A stretch of 64,000 nt of DNA from Octopus bimaculoides (taxonomy: Eukaryota): positions 191,301,871 through 191,365,870 of the forward strand of contig NC_068981.1 in assembly GCF_001194135.2 (NCBI RefSeq). The letters are read 5' to 3'. Of the stretch, positions 43,201 to 56,517 are shown piece after piece. A program made the position numbers and the translations under genes. The notes under the pieces were generated by a model. It made no database searches. It was not told the origin of the DNA and saw only the letters and a program-made list of their open reading frames with translations. Position 1 is the stretch's first letter, and each line of letters starts with the position of its first letter.

Positions 43201-46200
43201 GAAAGGATGAAAGTACCTCAGCGGAATTTGAACTCAGAACGTAACGGCAGACAAAATACCGCTAAGCATTTCGCACGGCGTGCTAACGTCTCTGCCAGCT
43301 CACAGCCTTCCAATTTACATACATATATAAACATACAGATGACAGGTTTCTTCCAGTTTCTGTCAACTAAATCCACTCATAAGGCTTGGTTGACCCAGCA
43401 TTAAACCCAAGAGCTTGTGGTTAGGAAGCAAGCCTCTTAACTAATCAGCCACACATGATCAACCAGACTTTTAGATGTTGCTATACATTGCCGCTCACAA
43501 TGTGCTTTGCATTGTTTTAGGTTTTGAATGATTCCACCCTGTTGGATAGGTGGGCAAGCCAACATTCCCCTGATCAGAAGCCTTATCTGTCACAGGGTTA
43601 CCAATTACAGCTGAGTGAACTGGAGCAACATGAAATGAAGTGTCTTGCTTAAGAACACAACACACAACCAGCCTAGAAATCAAAACCACAATTCCATAAT
43701 CACAAGTGCAATACTCTAACCTCTTGGCCACTTCCAAATAAACTTACACATATATGTACACATATAAACATTTACATGTACACACCCATATAAACCCACA
43801 CATATACATCCACCCATATACTATTCACATTCATTAATTTAAATCCTGTTAATATTGATCTCCCTTAATATGGTTTTATTCTATAATTAATATTCAATGC
43901 TATTTTTCAGGTCCAAGATGGTGGTGACCCTCAGCTTAATGGGACATGTTCAGCCATTGTATCAGTGGAAGATGTCAATGATAATGACCCAGTCTTTGAA
44001 CAGCCCCAATATAATGCTGCAGTCCGGGAAGAAGCACCACCATATCAATCTGTAAGTTCTCTCTCAGAAATATCTTAGAGATGTTAGCTTTAACCATTAA
44101 CTGGCACTCCACCAGTTACAACATTGAGGGTTCCAGTTGATGCAATCAACAGAACAACCAGCTCATGGAATTAATGTGCAAGTGGCATTTATGTAGTCCT
44201 TGGGGTGATTCAGCGTGATACAATGTGACAAGAGTGGCCCTTTCGAAATACAGGTGCAACTCATGTATGCCAGCTGAGTGAACTGCTATAATGTGAAATA
44301 AAATGTCTCGCTCTAGGATAGAACACGCCACCAGGAATCGAACTCATGACCTTATGATCATGAGCCAAATACCCTACCACTAAGCCACTGAGTGGTCATC
44401 CAGTTTGTATTGATACAACATCTGAACGGAAATTATGTACAGCTGAAATCAGAAATGTCTACATTACAATTAAAATTTGGTTTGGAAATACCTTATCTTA
44501 TTTTTTAGGAAAGTTTGTTGTTATTTTTCTAGATACAGTTTATATTCATGCCACAGATATTATCATCATTTAATGTCCATTTTCCATTCTGGCATCAGTT
44601 GGATGGTTTAACAGAGGCTGGTGAGCCAGAGGACTGTGCCATACTTCAATGTCTGCTTTAGCTTCGTTTTTGTGTCTGGATGCCCTTCTAAATGCCAACC
44701 ACTTTACAGAGTGTACTGGGTGTTTTTTTTTATGTCACTCTGACACTAGAGAGGTTACCAAGTAGCTTACTAGGGAACACACCTCAAATGAGTTGGGGTG
44801 TAGTGTCGAAGGGGGGTGGCTTTGTGCTAGATGATGAGAAGTTAGTTTGATAAGGAGGACAGGAACAGGTGTCACGCTGTGGGGGAAATACATGGTTATT
44901 CCAGTCAGAAGATGATGATGAAGTCATGGTGTACCTAAGAGTTACAGGAAGGTAAACTGAATATAAATGGTATGGGTGGATAAGTTAGTTTGTAAGAGTT
45001 AAGTGGAGGCAAGGATCATCTGTGAATATCAGTTGGAGGATGTAGGAGCGGGTCAGGTAGATAATAGGTGAGTGTGGGTGGTGTGAAGTGAGTGTGGGTG
45101 GTGTGTGAGAGTGATGCACAGACCTAGGGGCAAAGTCAGAAGTAATGGGGAGGGAAGATGGCCACTGGCAAAATGTGGGTTTGTACAGAGAAAGGAGAGG
45201 TGAAAATGGTGTTCAGTGTAATAAGAAGGTAAGGGAAGATATGAGGGCACATGTAGCTGGAAGTGGTTTCAATCACANNNNNNNNNNNNNNNNNNNNNNN
45301 NNNNNNNNNNNNNNNNNNNNNNNNNNNNNNNNNNNNNNNNNNNNNNNNNNNNNNNNNNNNNNNNNNNNNNNNNNNNNNNNNNNNNNNNNNNNNNNNNNNN
45401 NNNNNNNNNNNNNNNNNNNNNNNNNNNNNNNNNNNNNNNNNNNNNNNNNNNNNNNNNNNNNNNNNNNNNNNNNNNNNNNNNNNNNNNNNNNNNNNNNNNN
45501 NNNNNNNNNNNNNNNNNNNNNNNNNNNNNNNNNNNNNNNNNNNNNNNNNNNNNNNNNNNNNNNNNNNNNNNNNNNNNAGTTTATTTTTTCTGTCGTTTAT
45601 TCCTAGTTTCAAGGGAAGTAACTCTTTAGTGATCCGACAATTTTTGCTTTGTCATAACAGGAGAAGCGGCTACGATTATGTCCCTTGTATCTGTGAAACG
45701 CAATTAAGGAAACTACTGCTAACGTTCTTGATATTTTTTATGTTTGGGAAAGAAAACGGACAACAATTTTAATCCGATGATTTCGGCCATCATTTAGTAA
45801 AGCACTCAATACATTTTAAAATGAGTGAAATCACGTGGTTCCAGGTTTTACCACACTGTGCAAGTGTCTTCTTCCATGCGCACACTCTTCACGTCAGAAA
45901 ATCTTTGCATGTAAACTTTGTTAAACGAAATTATCAAGTGCTAACAGTATCGGTGTATTAAACAAAAATTACTTGTATTTGAATTCATATCGATTACGTT
46001 CCTTTACACATAACGATGTCGATATTACATACGTTTATACCATATCTGATGGCCACTACAGTTTCAGCATCGTATCTTCAGAAAATACAGTTTTTGATGC
46101 ATTATAGCTTATGGGAGGCCCAACTTTGTATAAAGGACCCTGGCTCATTTTATTTCCAAACAATTTTTGGAAAAATATGCGTCTTCTATTCCCTTGCGTT

Positions 46201-47730
46201 TTCATTTTTACTTTAATCTTTACCTGCTCAAGAAAAAAACATCTCTAGCCACTTCTGATATGCAGTCTCAACATCATACATTCAGATGCAGTTCAAACCA
46301 GAGTTTTAGTGGTAAACAGAGCACTCATAGTACACACACCAAACAGAGCACTCATAGTATACACCTATCACTTTAAGTCAGTTCACAAAAACACTTTACA
46401 TATCCTATATAATGATGTTTATATTCTTCATACTTATTGTCATACTTAACAATGTTTTTTGGGGTTTTTTTGACATTTGTTGCAAGAATTAAACATTGGT
46501 ATTTGGAATTTATCTCTTATATCTTGCAAACAATTGCATAAACCCTCTTCATATTGTTATTATTAATCCTCACCTTGATTTACTGTTTTTTTGTAGGTCC
46601 TACGCGTACGGTGCTTGGATAAAGATGAACGAAGTAACATTCGCTACCAACTCTTAACTATCGACTCTCTTTTTGCCTTGAATGGTAAAACTCTTTGTCA
46701 CGTTATTTTACTGATAATAATACTAGTTATATAACTTATAATTGATCTGCAAGGATCTACAAGTAGTTTTGTTTTAATAATTACATGTAATATAAAACCA
46801 GCTGAAGAATGGGATCAGGAAGGGCATGCAACCATAGCAAGCTCTACCTTAATGCTGTCAAGTTTGAGCCACACAAGCATGGATAAGTAAACATTACAAC
46901 AGNNNNNNNNNNNNNNNNNNNNNNNNNNNNNNNNNNNNNNNNNNNNNNNNNNNNNNNNNNNNNNNNNNNNNNNNNNNNNNNNNNNNNNNNNNNNNNNNTA
47001 TATATATATATATGTATATGAATATGTAAACTTTGTTGCAAAGAGCAGCAAAAGAATTTTGACGAACAAATGACTGACTGATTATTTAACCAGTACAATA
47101 AACAAAGGATCAATTAGTTAGCTGGTTAAATATTTAACTAATTGACTGACAATAAAGAAGTGATATTGAATCAGTGTGTGTGTTATTATTGGTATTATGA
47201 CCCTCCCAAGACACAAGTTGTGTGTGTATTTATACATACATACATACATAGGTGCTACTTTGGCATGCGATCTATAAGGTTACTTTTTAGTTTACTTTTC
47301 AATTTCTAAAAACCTGTAAGATGTTGGCTAAAGATTTTTACAATGTGATCAGTGACGAGACGAAGGCAATTGCATTTTTACAAGAAACCGATACTAAATT
47401 CACGTCATTTCTTAAGAAAAAGAAAGGTACCACTTTGGCATGTGATCTACAAGTTCAAAAGAGATTACTTTTTAGTTTATATTGTGTTAGTGCTACTTTC
47501 CGTGAGAGCTACGTGAGCAAATTTACTTTGGTGGGTGATCTACATGCTTATTTTAATTATTATATGGTTTCCTTATTATTGAAATAGCAAGAATTTTGAA
47601 AAAAATACATTTACAATGCTAAGTACGTACAAAGTGATTTAAAAACGAATCTAAAGTAATCTCCCTTGGAGATCACATGCCAAAGTAGCACCCATACATA
47701 CATACATACATACATACATACATACATACA

Positions 47731-47761
<31 letters not shown>

Positions 47762-50700
47762 GCAGCTGACTTCTCACAGTTACCTTCTCTCAGTCCCCTC
47801 ACGAGGTTCTGGTCACCCTGAAGTTACAGTAGAAGGTGCTTGTCCAAAGTGCCACACTGAATCAAATACAATCTGAATCCAAATCAATGTGGTTAAAAAG
47901 CAAACCCCTTAACCCCAGAGCCACATCTGTGCCTCTATATTTGAATGTCTGCATAACAAAAAAGAAGTGTTCAGACTTCAAAAAAAAAAAAAGATTGAAA
48001 CAGCAATCCCTTATATTCAACTTATTAAGAGGTTCAATGGTTGTTGAATAAGAGAATGGAATAGAGAATAGAGAATAAGAGAATGGAATACAAAATACAA
48101 AATGGCTGATAGTTAGCAAGGCGGGACACACATAAGAAAGAAGAAAACAAAAGACCACTGATGAGGTCACAGAAGAATGGAATAGGTTTTTATAGTTTGT
48201 TAAGATCAATCCATTTAACAAACAGTTACATCTCGTGTTCTTTTTAATACTTCCAGCTGAAACTGGTGTTCTTGAAACAATAGTCCGTCTTGATCATGAA
48301 ACACATCCTGGCAGTTACCAACTATATGCCGAATGTACAGACGGTGGGGATTTCCCCCGCTATTCCTCTCCTGTTATTTTGAAGTAAGTCGATTTTAATA
48401 TTCTTACTGTTACATCTAGCATTTATTCGTGTACGACTGAGCTGCTGAAATAGAGAAATATAAATTAGAAATATAATTTATGTAATTACTTTACTGGTAA
48501 TTGTCATCAACCCTAATTAGGGAATACTGTTAATGATGGATACATTTCTGTTTCAGTCATTGGACTGTGGTCTTTTAAGGTCAGTTGAACAAATTGACCC
48601 ATGTCCATATTTTAAATCTGGCACTTATTCTTTTGGTTTCTTTTGCTGATCCTCTAAGTTATGGGGGATGTAAACAAACCCATGCTGGTTGTCAAATGGT
48701 TGGAGAAGAACTACAAAGACACATATAAATACACTCATATCATGTGTGTGAGTATGTATATATTTGTTTGGGTGTATGTATATATTTTTAAATGTGTGTG
48801 TATGTGTGTCACAGTTTCCATCTATGAAATTCACTCAGAAGGCATTGGCCACCCCTGGGCTATAATAGAAGAGTCCCACTGCTTAAAGTACTGTGCAGTG
48901 GGACTGAACTCAAAACTATGTTTGTGAAGCAAATTTCTTCAACTAGAGCCATGCCTGCACCATTATTATGTTGTTGTCGTTTTGCGGGGGGGGGGGCTGT
49001 TCCTACCTACATAATGTATATGTGAAGGACATATGAGTTGAAGGATTTGTTAAAATCATTCGCATTAATATTTCTTAAATTGTTCATAGTCTGCAATTGA
49101 AAAATCATACTTGAAACGGTTGTCAATAAGTCTGGGAAAATAACTTACATTCTCAACAACACAGTATATGCTGAAGAGCCAAGGAAAACTGGATAAATCA
49201 CAGCATTAGGTTTGTTTCAGAAAATTATATTGTAATAGTTACATAATAATACGCCAGCCTTGGACAAGCAAATTTATGATCAAGAATTTTCCAAGCAGCA
49301 ATCATCACGTTTATTATCATCAACATCATCTTCATCATTATCAAATGCTATATTTTTCCATAAGATTGTCATTTGAATACAGATTGACCTCTATTTCTAG
49401 CGGCCACGTAGAGGTTCTCACGACAAACGCCTTCGATATATTTTTATCTTTATTTTCTCACATATAACTATTACTACTACTACTCTTCCATTACCAGCCG
49501 GTGTTCACCAAGGTAAATAACTCTGCATTTGTATATAATTTTTGCCCTTTAGTAGAAGTTTCTGTGGAAAGGTCTCCTTTAGATATTTAAATTAATTTTG
49601 CTGCAAGGATTGTTAATTAACACCATGCTTTAGAACAATATTTTCTTGTGAACAGCCTAATTAGTCCTAGGTTAACGACATTTTATAATTTTTAGTTATT
49701 TTCAATAAATTTTGAACTTCTGTGTAGCAACACTCAGAAAAGGATAAAAGAGGGGACAATGAGAAGGCATATGAGTCAAGTAAAGAAAGAAGCAGTGAAA
49801 GCTGGGAATACATGCACAGTACACAGAATAAAACACAAGATAAAAATGAACATTAAAAGATTCTAAAAGAGAAAAGATAGCATAGACATATCAGGAATAG
49901 TGTTGGCATATTTCAGGAAGTATGGAATTTTTGAAGAATGCAGTCTTCTGACATTAACAACTTGATAGGACAGTTTATTCGATGCTAAAATGTTATATCA
50001 AATGTGGTAGTTTCTGCACTGTTTCTTTTTATTTTGTAAACACATCCGTGAGTGGTAGAGATATTGAATTCAAAAAGGTGGACAAAGTTGTTGTTGGAAA
50101 GATGGCGGATAATCTTATGGACTTCTACTGCATCAATGCTTTAGTGTGACAATGCCCAGAGAGGCAATATGTTCAGGATATAGTAAGTAAATGATATGGG
50201 GAGTTCATCTGGTTGCATGTTATTGGACAGTTTCCAGTAGATTGATATTCTGGACAAGATTGGTGAATAAAGGTACCATACTGCATATGCAAAGAGTAAG
50301 CATGGCTACACCATATCTTTAGATATCATTTGTCAGTTAATGAGAAGCTGACAGTAGTTTAAGTGATGCCTTAGGTCTCATTGATGATTTTAGAAATCTG
50401 GTTTATCCAGAAAACTTCTTAAGGATCATGTAGGGAGTCTGTGAATTCCTAGATTTTTCCTCACAAGATGTGTAGCAGTACACTTGTCTATAACCAGCCT
50501 GAGTTGTCTTTCAGTAATCCATTTCTGCATTTTGTCCAGATCAGATTAGTATTTAGGATTCTTTTTTTTTTTTATCTCAAGGTGCAGCTTGTTCTAAATC
50601 ATGAAAATTAAATTACTAGGTCAATGGTAATTTTTCTAATTTTTTGTCTGTTTTACTCTAGTGTTACAGTAGAAGACATGAACGATAACCGGCCAACATT

Positions 50701-53700
50701 TATCAATGAAACTTACCACGCCCAGTTATATACCAATGCTACGATTGGAAGACACATTGCTTCGCTATCAGCAACTGACAAAGATAAAGGACAAAATGGA
50801 GAAATATCTTATTATATAATAGGTAATTAAAATATTTCACTTTCCATGGAGAAATTTGGAAATCCTCTTTGATATTTGTTTTGAAAGTGAATCACTTGTT
50901 CTCATTGTTATTGTTTAGCACCAGGTCAACCCAGATCAAGTAGACTTATGATCAGAGACATTCCAGTCATGACTATCCCATATTATATTCAAACTTAGTG
51001 TGTTTGAAACCACATTATCCAATGTATACTTTAATTTCATTTTTCTTCAAACTGGCTGGACGTGATATGAGGGAAATTTGGCTTTTATTTCTAGCAGACT
51101 GACTGAACCAATAGAGAAAGTATCATATGTTCACTGTTCATGGCATTGTGATCAAACATAGACACCCTAACCCTAACCCATCCTCTCGTCCTTCACCCAG
51201 CAAAACATCCAAGATGGATGGAAAGAGGCTAGCACCAGTATACAGCTGGTACTTATTTGCTTTCTTGCCTTGTTTGTTTGTTCCATCCTCATTGTTGAGG
51301 GTTGAGTACCACAAGCACATTCAGCCTAGCTTCAATTCCTGCATCTGGCCATGGTCGTGCATTCAGCCAGAGGTTTTCCAGTCCATTCTTTGATGTTATC
51401 CAATCAACATCTTTTTTGGTCTCTCCCTTCCTTGTTTCCCATTGATACTTCCCTCTACAACAATGGTTCTCAACCATTTTCACCTATGAACTCCTTAGAT
51501 TCCTATTTTGCTCAGGTGGATGCCCATAGCCATTTGATGCTTTAAAAATATCCTTTTATATTTTTATAATTAAATATGATTGGGAACTGTTTAGCAAAAT
51601 TGTTAAAATATTTTGTATATTGTAAAAGTATAACCAATTTATTGATCATAAGCCCTAACAACAAAATCTTATATTCCTCCTCACCCTGCCCCCGGATGAT
51701 ATGGACCCCAGTTGAGAACAACTACTCTAGGATGTAGGTGCTGAGGTTCAACGTTGTAGTACTCAGTTATGGCCCTTTGCATCCTGACCCAAACTCCACA
51801 AACTTAATCTATGCTTGCATCCTTCCATTGTCAGTAAAATAAAGTGAAGTTGCAGTGAAATATTGGAATTGATTTCATTGATAATACCACTCTCCTTCCT
51901 AAAACATATGGGTTTTTATCAACATTAGGAAAATACAGGGTGGCCTAAAAGTAAGTTTACAGTTATTCAACTATCTCTTTCACATTCAAATATTAACAGC
52001 TTAGATCTTAATTATATAAAAAAAAAAATTAAACCATTATTCTATACTAATTTAGTTAATCTTGTCAAGCTCCCTTTTCAGTTTGTAAGATAGAAATTTA
52101 AATGTAATGAAATGTTTTAAAAGAAATTTAAAGTGCCTACGTGATAACTGTAAACCTGCTTTTGGGCCGCCCTGTATTTTTGTATCAGATTTATTTTCCG
52201 CAAAACGTCTTATTCTGCTGTCGCTACTCAAGGAGAGTAAATTTTGTTTTACATTTATTTTTCCAAAGTAATGTATGTGTGTGTGCGCGCACGCATGCAT
52301 GTGTGTGTGTGCGCACGCATGCATGTGTGTGTGTGTAAAAACATTTCTTTATTCATGAAAATTCACAAAGAGAATATATTACTGATTTCTTTGAAGGTGG
52401 TGACCCATTTGAAGAATTTGAATTGAATCCTAAATCCGGACTGTTAACAACAAAAGTATCATTCCAAGACCGTCTGTCTGGTTCTCGTATGTTGTTTGTG
52501 GAAGCCAAAGATGGCGGTTATCCCGATGCTTTAAGTGATGTTGCCAAAGTAAATTTCAGTTTCTTTTACTTTTAAATATATACAAAAATTCTTCTATAAC
52601 CATCAATTTTTACCATTTTTATGTATTTTATGCTAAAACCTACAAAGTCTACATACTAACCCCCCACCCTTTCTGCTACTCTATCTTATTTTCTTTCTTA
52701 TATTCTCTTTATACTTTGAGGGTCGTTCCTCACCATCTCTTTCTCTCGTTTTCCAGCTGAGGTAACCATGTACCTTCTCTTCAGTAAGACACCTGTCCCT
52801 GACCTTCTATCATACTTTAACTTCTCATCACCAGGCACAAAGCCATCTCCCTCAACACTACACTCCCACTCGATTGAGGAAACTGAAAGAAGCCTATCAT
52901 GTGTGTGTGTGTCTGTGTTTGTCCCCCTACCATAGCTTCACAACTAATGTTAGTGTGGTTATGTCCCTGTAACTTAGCGGTTCAGCAAAGAAGACTGATA
53001 GAATAAGTACGACACTTACAAAGAATAAATCCTGGGGGTGAATTTGTTTGACTAAAGGCGGTGCTCCAGCATGGCAGCAGTCAAATGACTGAAACAAGTA
53101 AAAAAAGAGTAAAAGAGTAAGGTCAATCAAGCCTTTCATCCATTTTGGGATCAATAAAATGAATACCAGTTTAGCATCTAATCGATTTATTCCCTCCCTT
53201 AAAATTGCTGGCCTTGTGCCAAAAATTGACAAGAATTATCTAAAGTTTGTAGACACATCAAAGATAAGTTTAGATTTCGAAATATTTCAATGTCTGTTTA
53301 TATTAAGCCTTGTAGATATCTGCATAACATTCTAGATGCTGTCTGAAAAGAAATCCACCAATATATTTTAAAATATGCAACAGTATATCAGATTAATGGT
53401 AGAGTTAATGATTAATTAAATATTGAAACATTATTAAATTACCTCATTCCTTTCTTGTGAAGGAGGCAATGTCATTACTATGATTACATTAGAATTTATC
53501 AGACTCACTATATAACATTAACCCTTTAGCATTCAAATTACTTTGTTTATTGGTTTTGGTTTTGGTGTTGGTGCTGGTTCCACATAAAAAGCACTGGTGG
53601 TGGTACCATGGGAAAAGCACCCAGTACACTTTGTAAAGTGTTTGGCGTTAGGAAGGGCATCCAGCTGTAGAAACGAAGCCAAAACAAACTATGACTCTTG

Positions 53701-54407
53701 ATGTGGCCCCTGGCCTTACCAGTTCTTGTCAAGCCATCCAAATGGACATTAAATGATGATGATGATGAATTGTAATGCTCATTTATTCACATTAGTCATG
53801 CATTATCTCATCAGTATTTTGATGATGTGATTGTTTATTTTTAGAATGACTAGGATAGGTGTAAGAGGCCAGATCTGTCTGCTCTGAATATAAAACAGAA
53901 TTTTTGGACTGAATATAGCCAGTTTAAATGCTAAAGGGTTAAATAAAATCAAAGGAAAGGAACAATAATTTTTGTTACTTACTCATGGTCCCCAACTTGA
54001 CTATTATGTTTTGATATGAATGCATTCCTGGGTAATTTCTGCCATCATTATGGTAATGCTTGACACACCTGCATGTTACTGAAGAGGCTGAATAAGACAG
54101 TTACAAATACATCCAGAGTTGTTGCCCTTATGCTACAGTAGCCTCAAGCTTTATTTGGGACAAAATTATGTTTATAAAAATCCAGATCAGAGTCTCCTCT
54201 GCAGTTTATTTTTAGATCATTTCAATTCCAAGAGTTGTCTCCCCTACCTTTATGGACCAGAATTGATTAGGTAATTTTTGTCTTTTATTGGTTTCATTCA
54301 TTGGACTGTGGTCATTCTGGGGCACTGCCTTGAAGAGCTTAGTTGAACAAATTGATCTCAACACTTATTTTTTGTATGCCTGGTACTAACACAGACACAC
54401 ACATACA

Positions 54408-54480
<73 letters not shown>

Positions 54481-55660
54481 GATGAGCTTCCACACAGTGA
54501 GACTGAACCCAAAATGACATGGTAGCCATACACCCATGCCTCTGAATTTGTCTTTTTATTATTATGGATGTAATTTTAAATAATTAAATAATTAAAATTT
54601 CTTGGCTTACTACATCAAATGAGCTAGTGCACACTTTACTGTCTATTTTCTATGTAGCAGGTGTCCCTCAGTATTTTAAGCTCACATAAGAACTGTGTTA
54701 CCATTCATGAAAACTCCTCCTTTTAATAATCCCCCCACCCATTTTTCTTTCTATTTCAGGTACATATTGAAGTTATTCAGCTCAACCAGCATGCACCCAA
54801 GTTTACCTTGTCTGTATTTCGGGCTAATGTTACTGAGGAAAAGGTTATACGTAAGTTCCTGCAACTTAGAGCAAGTGATGAAGACCCAGACGATAAAATA
54901 GCGTATCATCTTCTCAGCTCCTCAAATGCAGAAAGTACAGTGAATTGGACAGGTAAGCTAGTTTTAAAAGCTTAACCCTTTAGTTTTTAAACTGGCCATA
55001 TCCAGCCTAAATATTCTACTTGATTTATGTCCAAACTGACCAGATCCAGCCCTCACACCTACTCTGCAATGTCATACTAAAAGTATACAACCCCATCATC
55101 AAAATCTCAAAGTTATAAGATAATACATGATTAATTCAAAACATGAATAAACTTTATATTTGACAAACTAATCTGAATGCTAAAGGATTAAAGACTTATC
55201 TGTATATTTCTTACTTTTTAAGTCATTTTTCTTATTTTCTGAAAATATTGTTGTTCAATTTTTTTTTTTTTTTTTGCCTTTGTGCCATAGTTCATCATCT
55301 TTGTAATATTTCAGTATAGATATATGACTATTTGGAGGCGCAATGGCCCAGTGGTTAGGGCAGCAGACTCACGGTCAGAGGATCGCGGTTTCGATTCCCA
55401 GACCGGGCGTTGTGTGTGTTTATTGAGCGAAAACACCTAAAAGCTCCACGAGGCTCCGGCAGGGGGGGGGGGCGACTCCTGTTGTACTCTATCACCCCAA
55501 TCTTCTCTCACTCTTTCTTCTTGTTCTTGAGTAAAGCTGCGATGGACTAGCGTCCCGTCCAGCTGGTGGGGAACACATACACCATAGAAACCGGGAAAAG
55601 CCATGAGAGTCCCTGCCTGCTACTGCATCAGGGCATTTATTATTATTGTTAAGGTTATTA

Positions 55661-55701
<41 letters not shown>

Positions 55702-56472
55702 GTTAAGGTTGTGAGCTGGCAGAATCATTAGCAAATCAGGCAAAATGCTTAATAGCATTTTGTCTGTCTTTATGTTCTGAGTTCAAATACAGCTACGGTC
55801 AACTTTCGCTTTCATCCTTTCTGGATCAGTAAAATAAGTACCAGTGGAACACTGAGGATGATGATGTCGACTTACCTCTTCCTCTAAAATTGGTGGCCTT
55901 GTGCCAAAATTTGAAACCATTATTATGTAATATTATGTAATATTATTGGCTATTAGCTGTCAGCAATATATTTTTTGTTATTTCAGATTATTTCAGCATT
56001 TCATCTTCTGGTTGGATCAGTGTGAAGAATAAAATAGACAGAGACACTTTGAATATTTCTCAAGCATCGCTGAATGTTTATGCTGTGGATAACGGACTTC
56101 CACCCAAAACCGGCTCTACACTGCTTCTTGTAAATATTAGTGATATTAATGACAATATTCCAGATTTTGTAGGATATAACATGACATACGTCATTGAAAT
56201 ACCTCAAGTAAGTTTGAGTTTTTCTGTCAATAACTCTTTATTGTGCAAACATCAGACTACAAAATATTTACTGCTTCTAGTAGAGATGAGGATAGATTCT
56301 TTTAGTGGCGTTGGAGTGGAGAAGTTGATTATATCAACTTTAATACTTTATTGGTGGGTTAAATTCCTGCACAGGGCCACACATTCTGCCCTTGAGTAAT
56401 GTACTTCATTTCACAATCCTCCACTCTACACAGCTAAAAATGAGCACAAGTCAACTGCTGAGTCAAACCCCC

Positions 56473-56517
<45 letters not shown>

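Noticed and set aside
55334-55410. Possible tRNA gene
   Set aside because: A and B boxes are present but no acceptor stem closes; it continues into a SINE body with a sister copy at 59101
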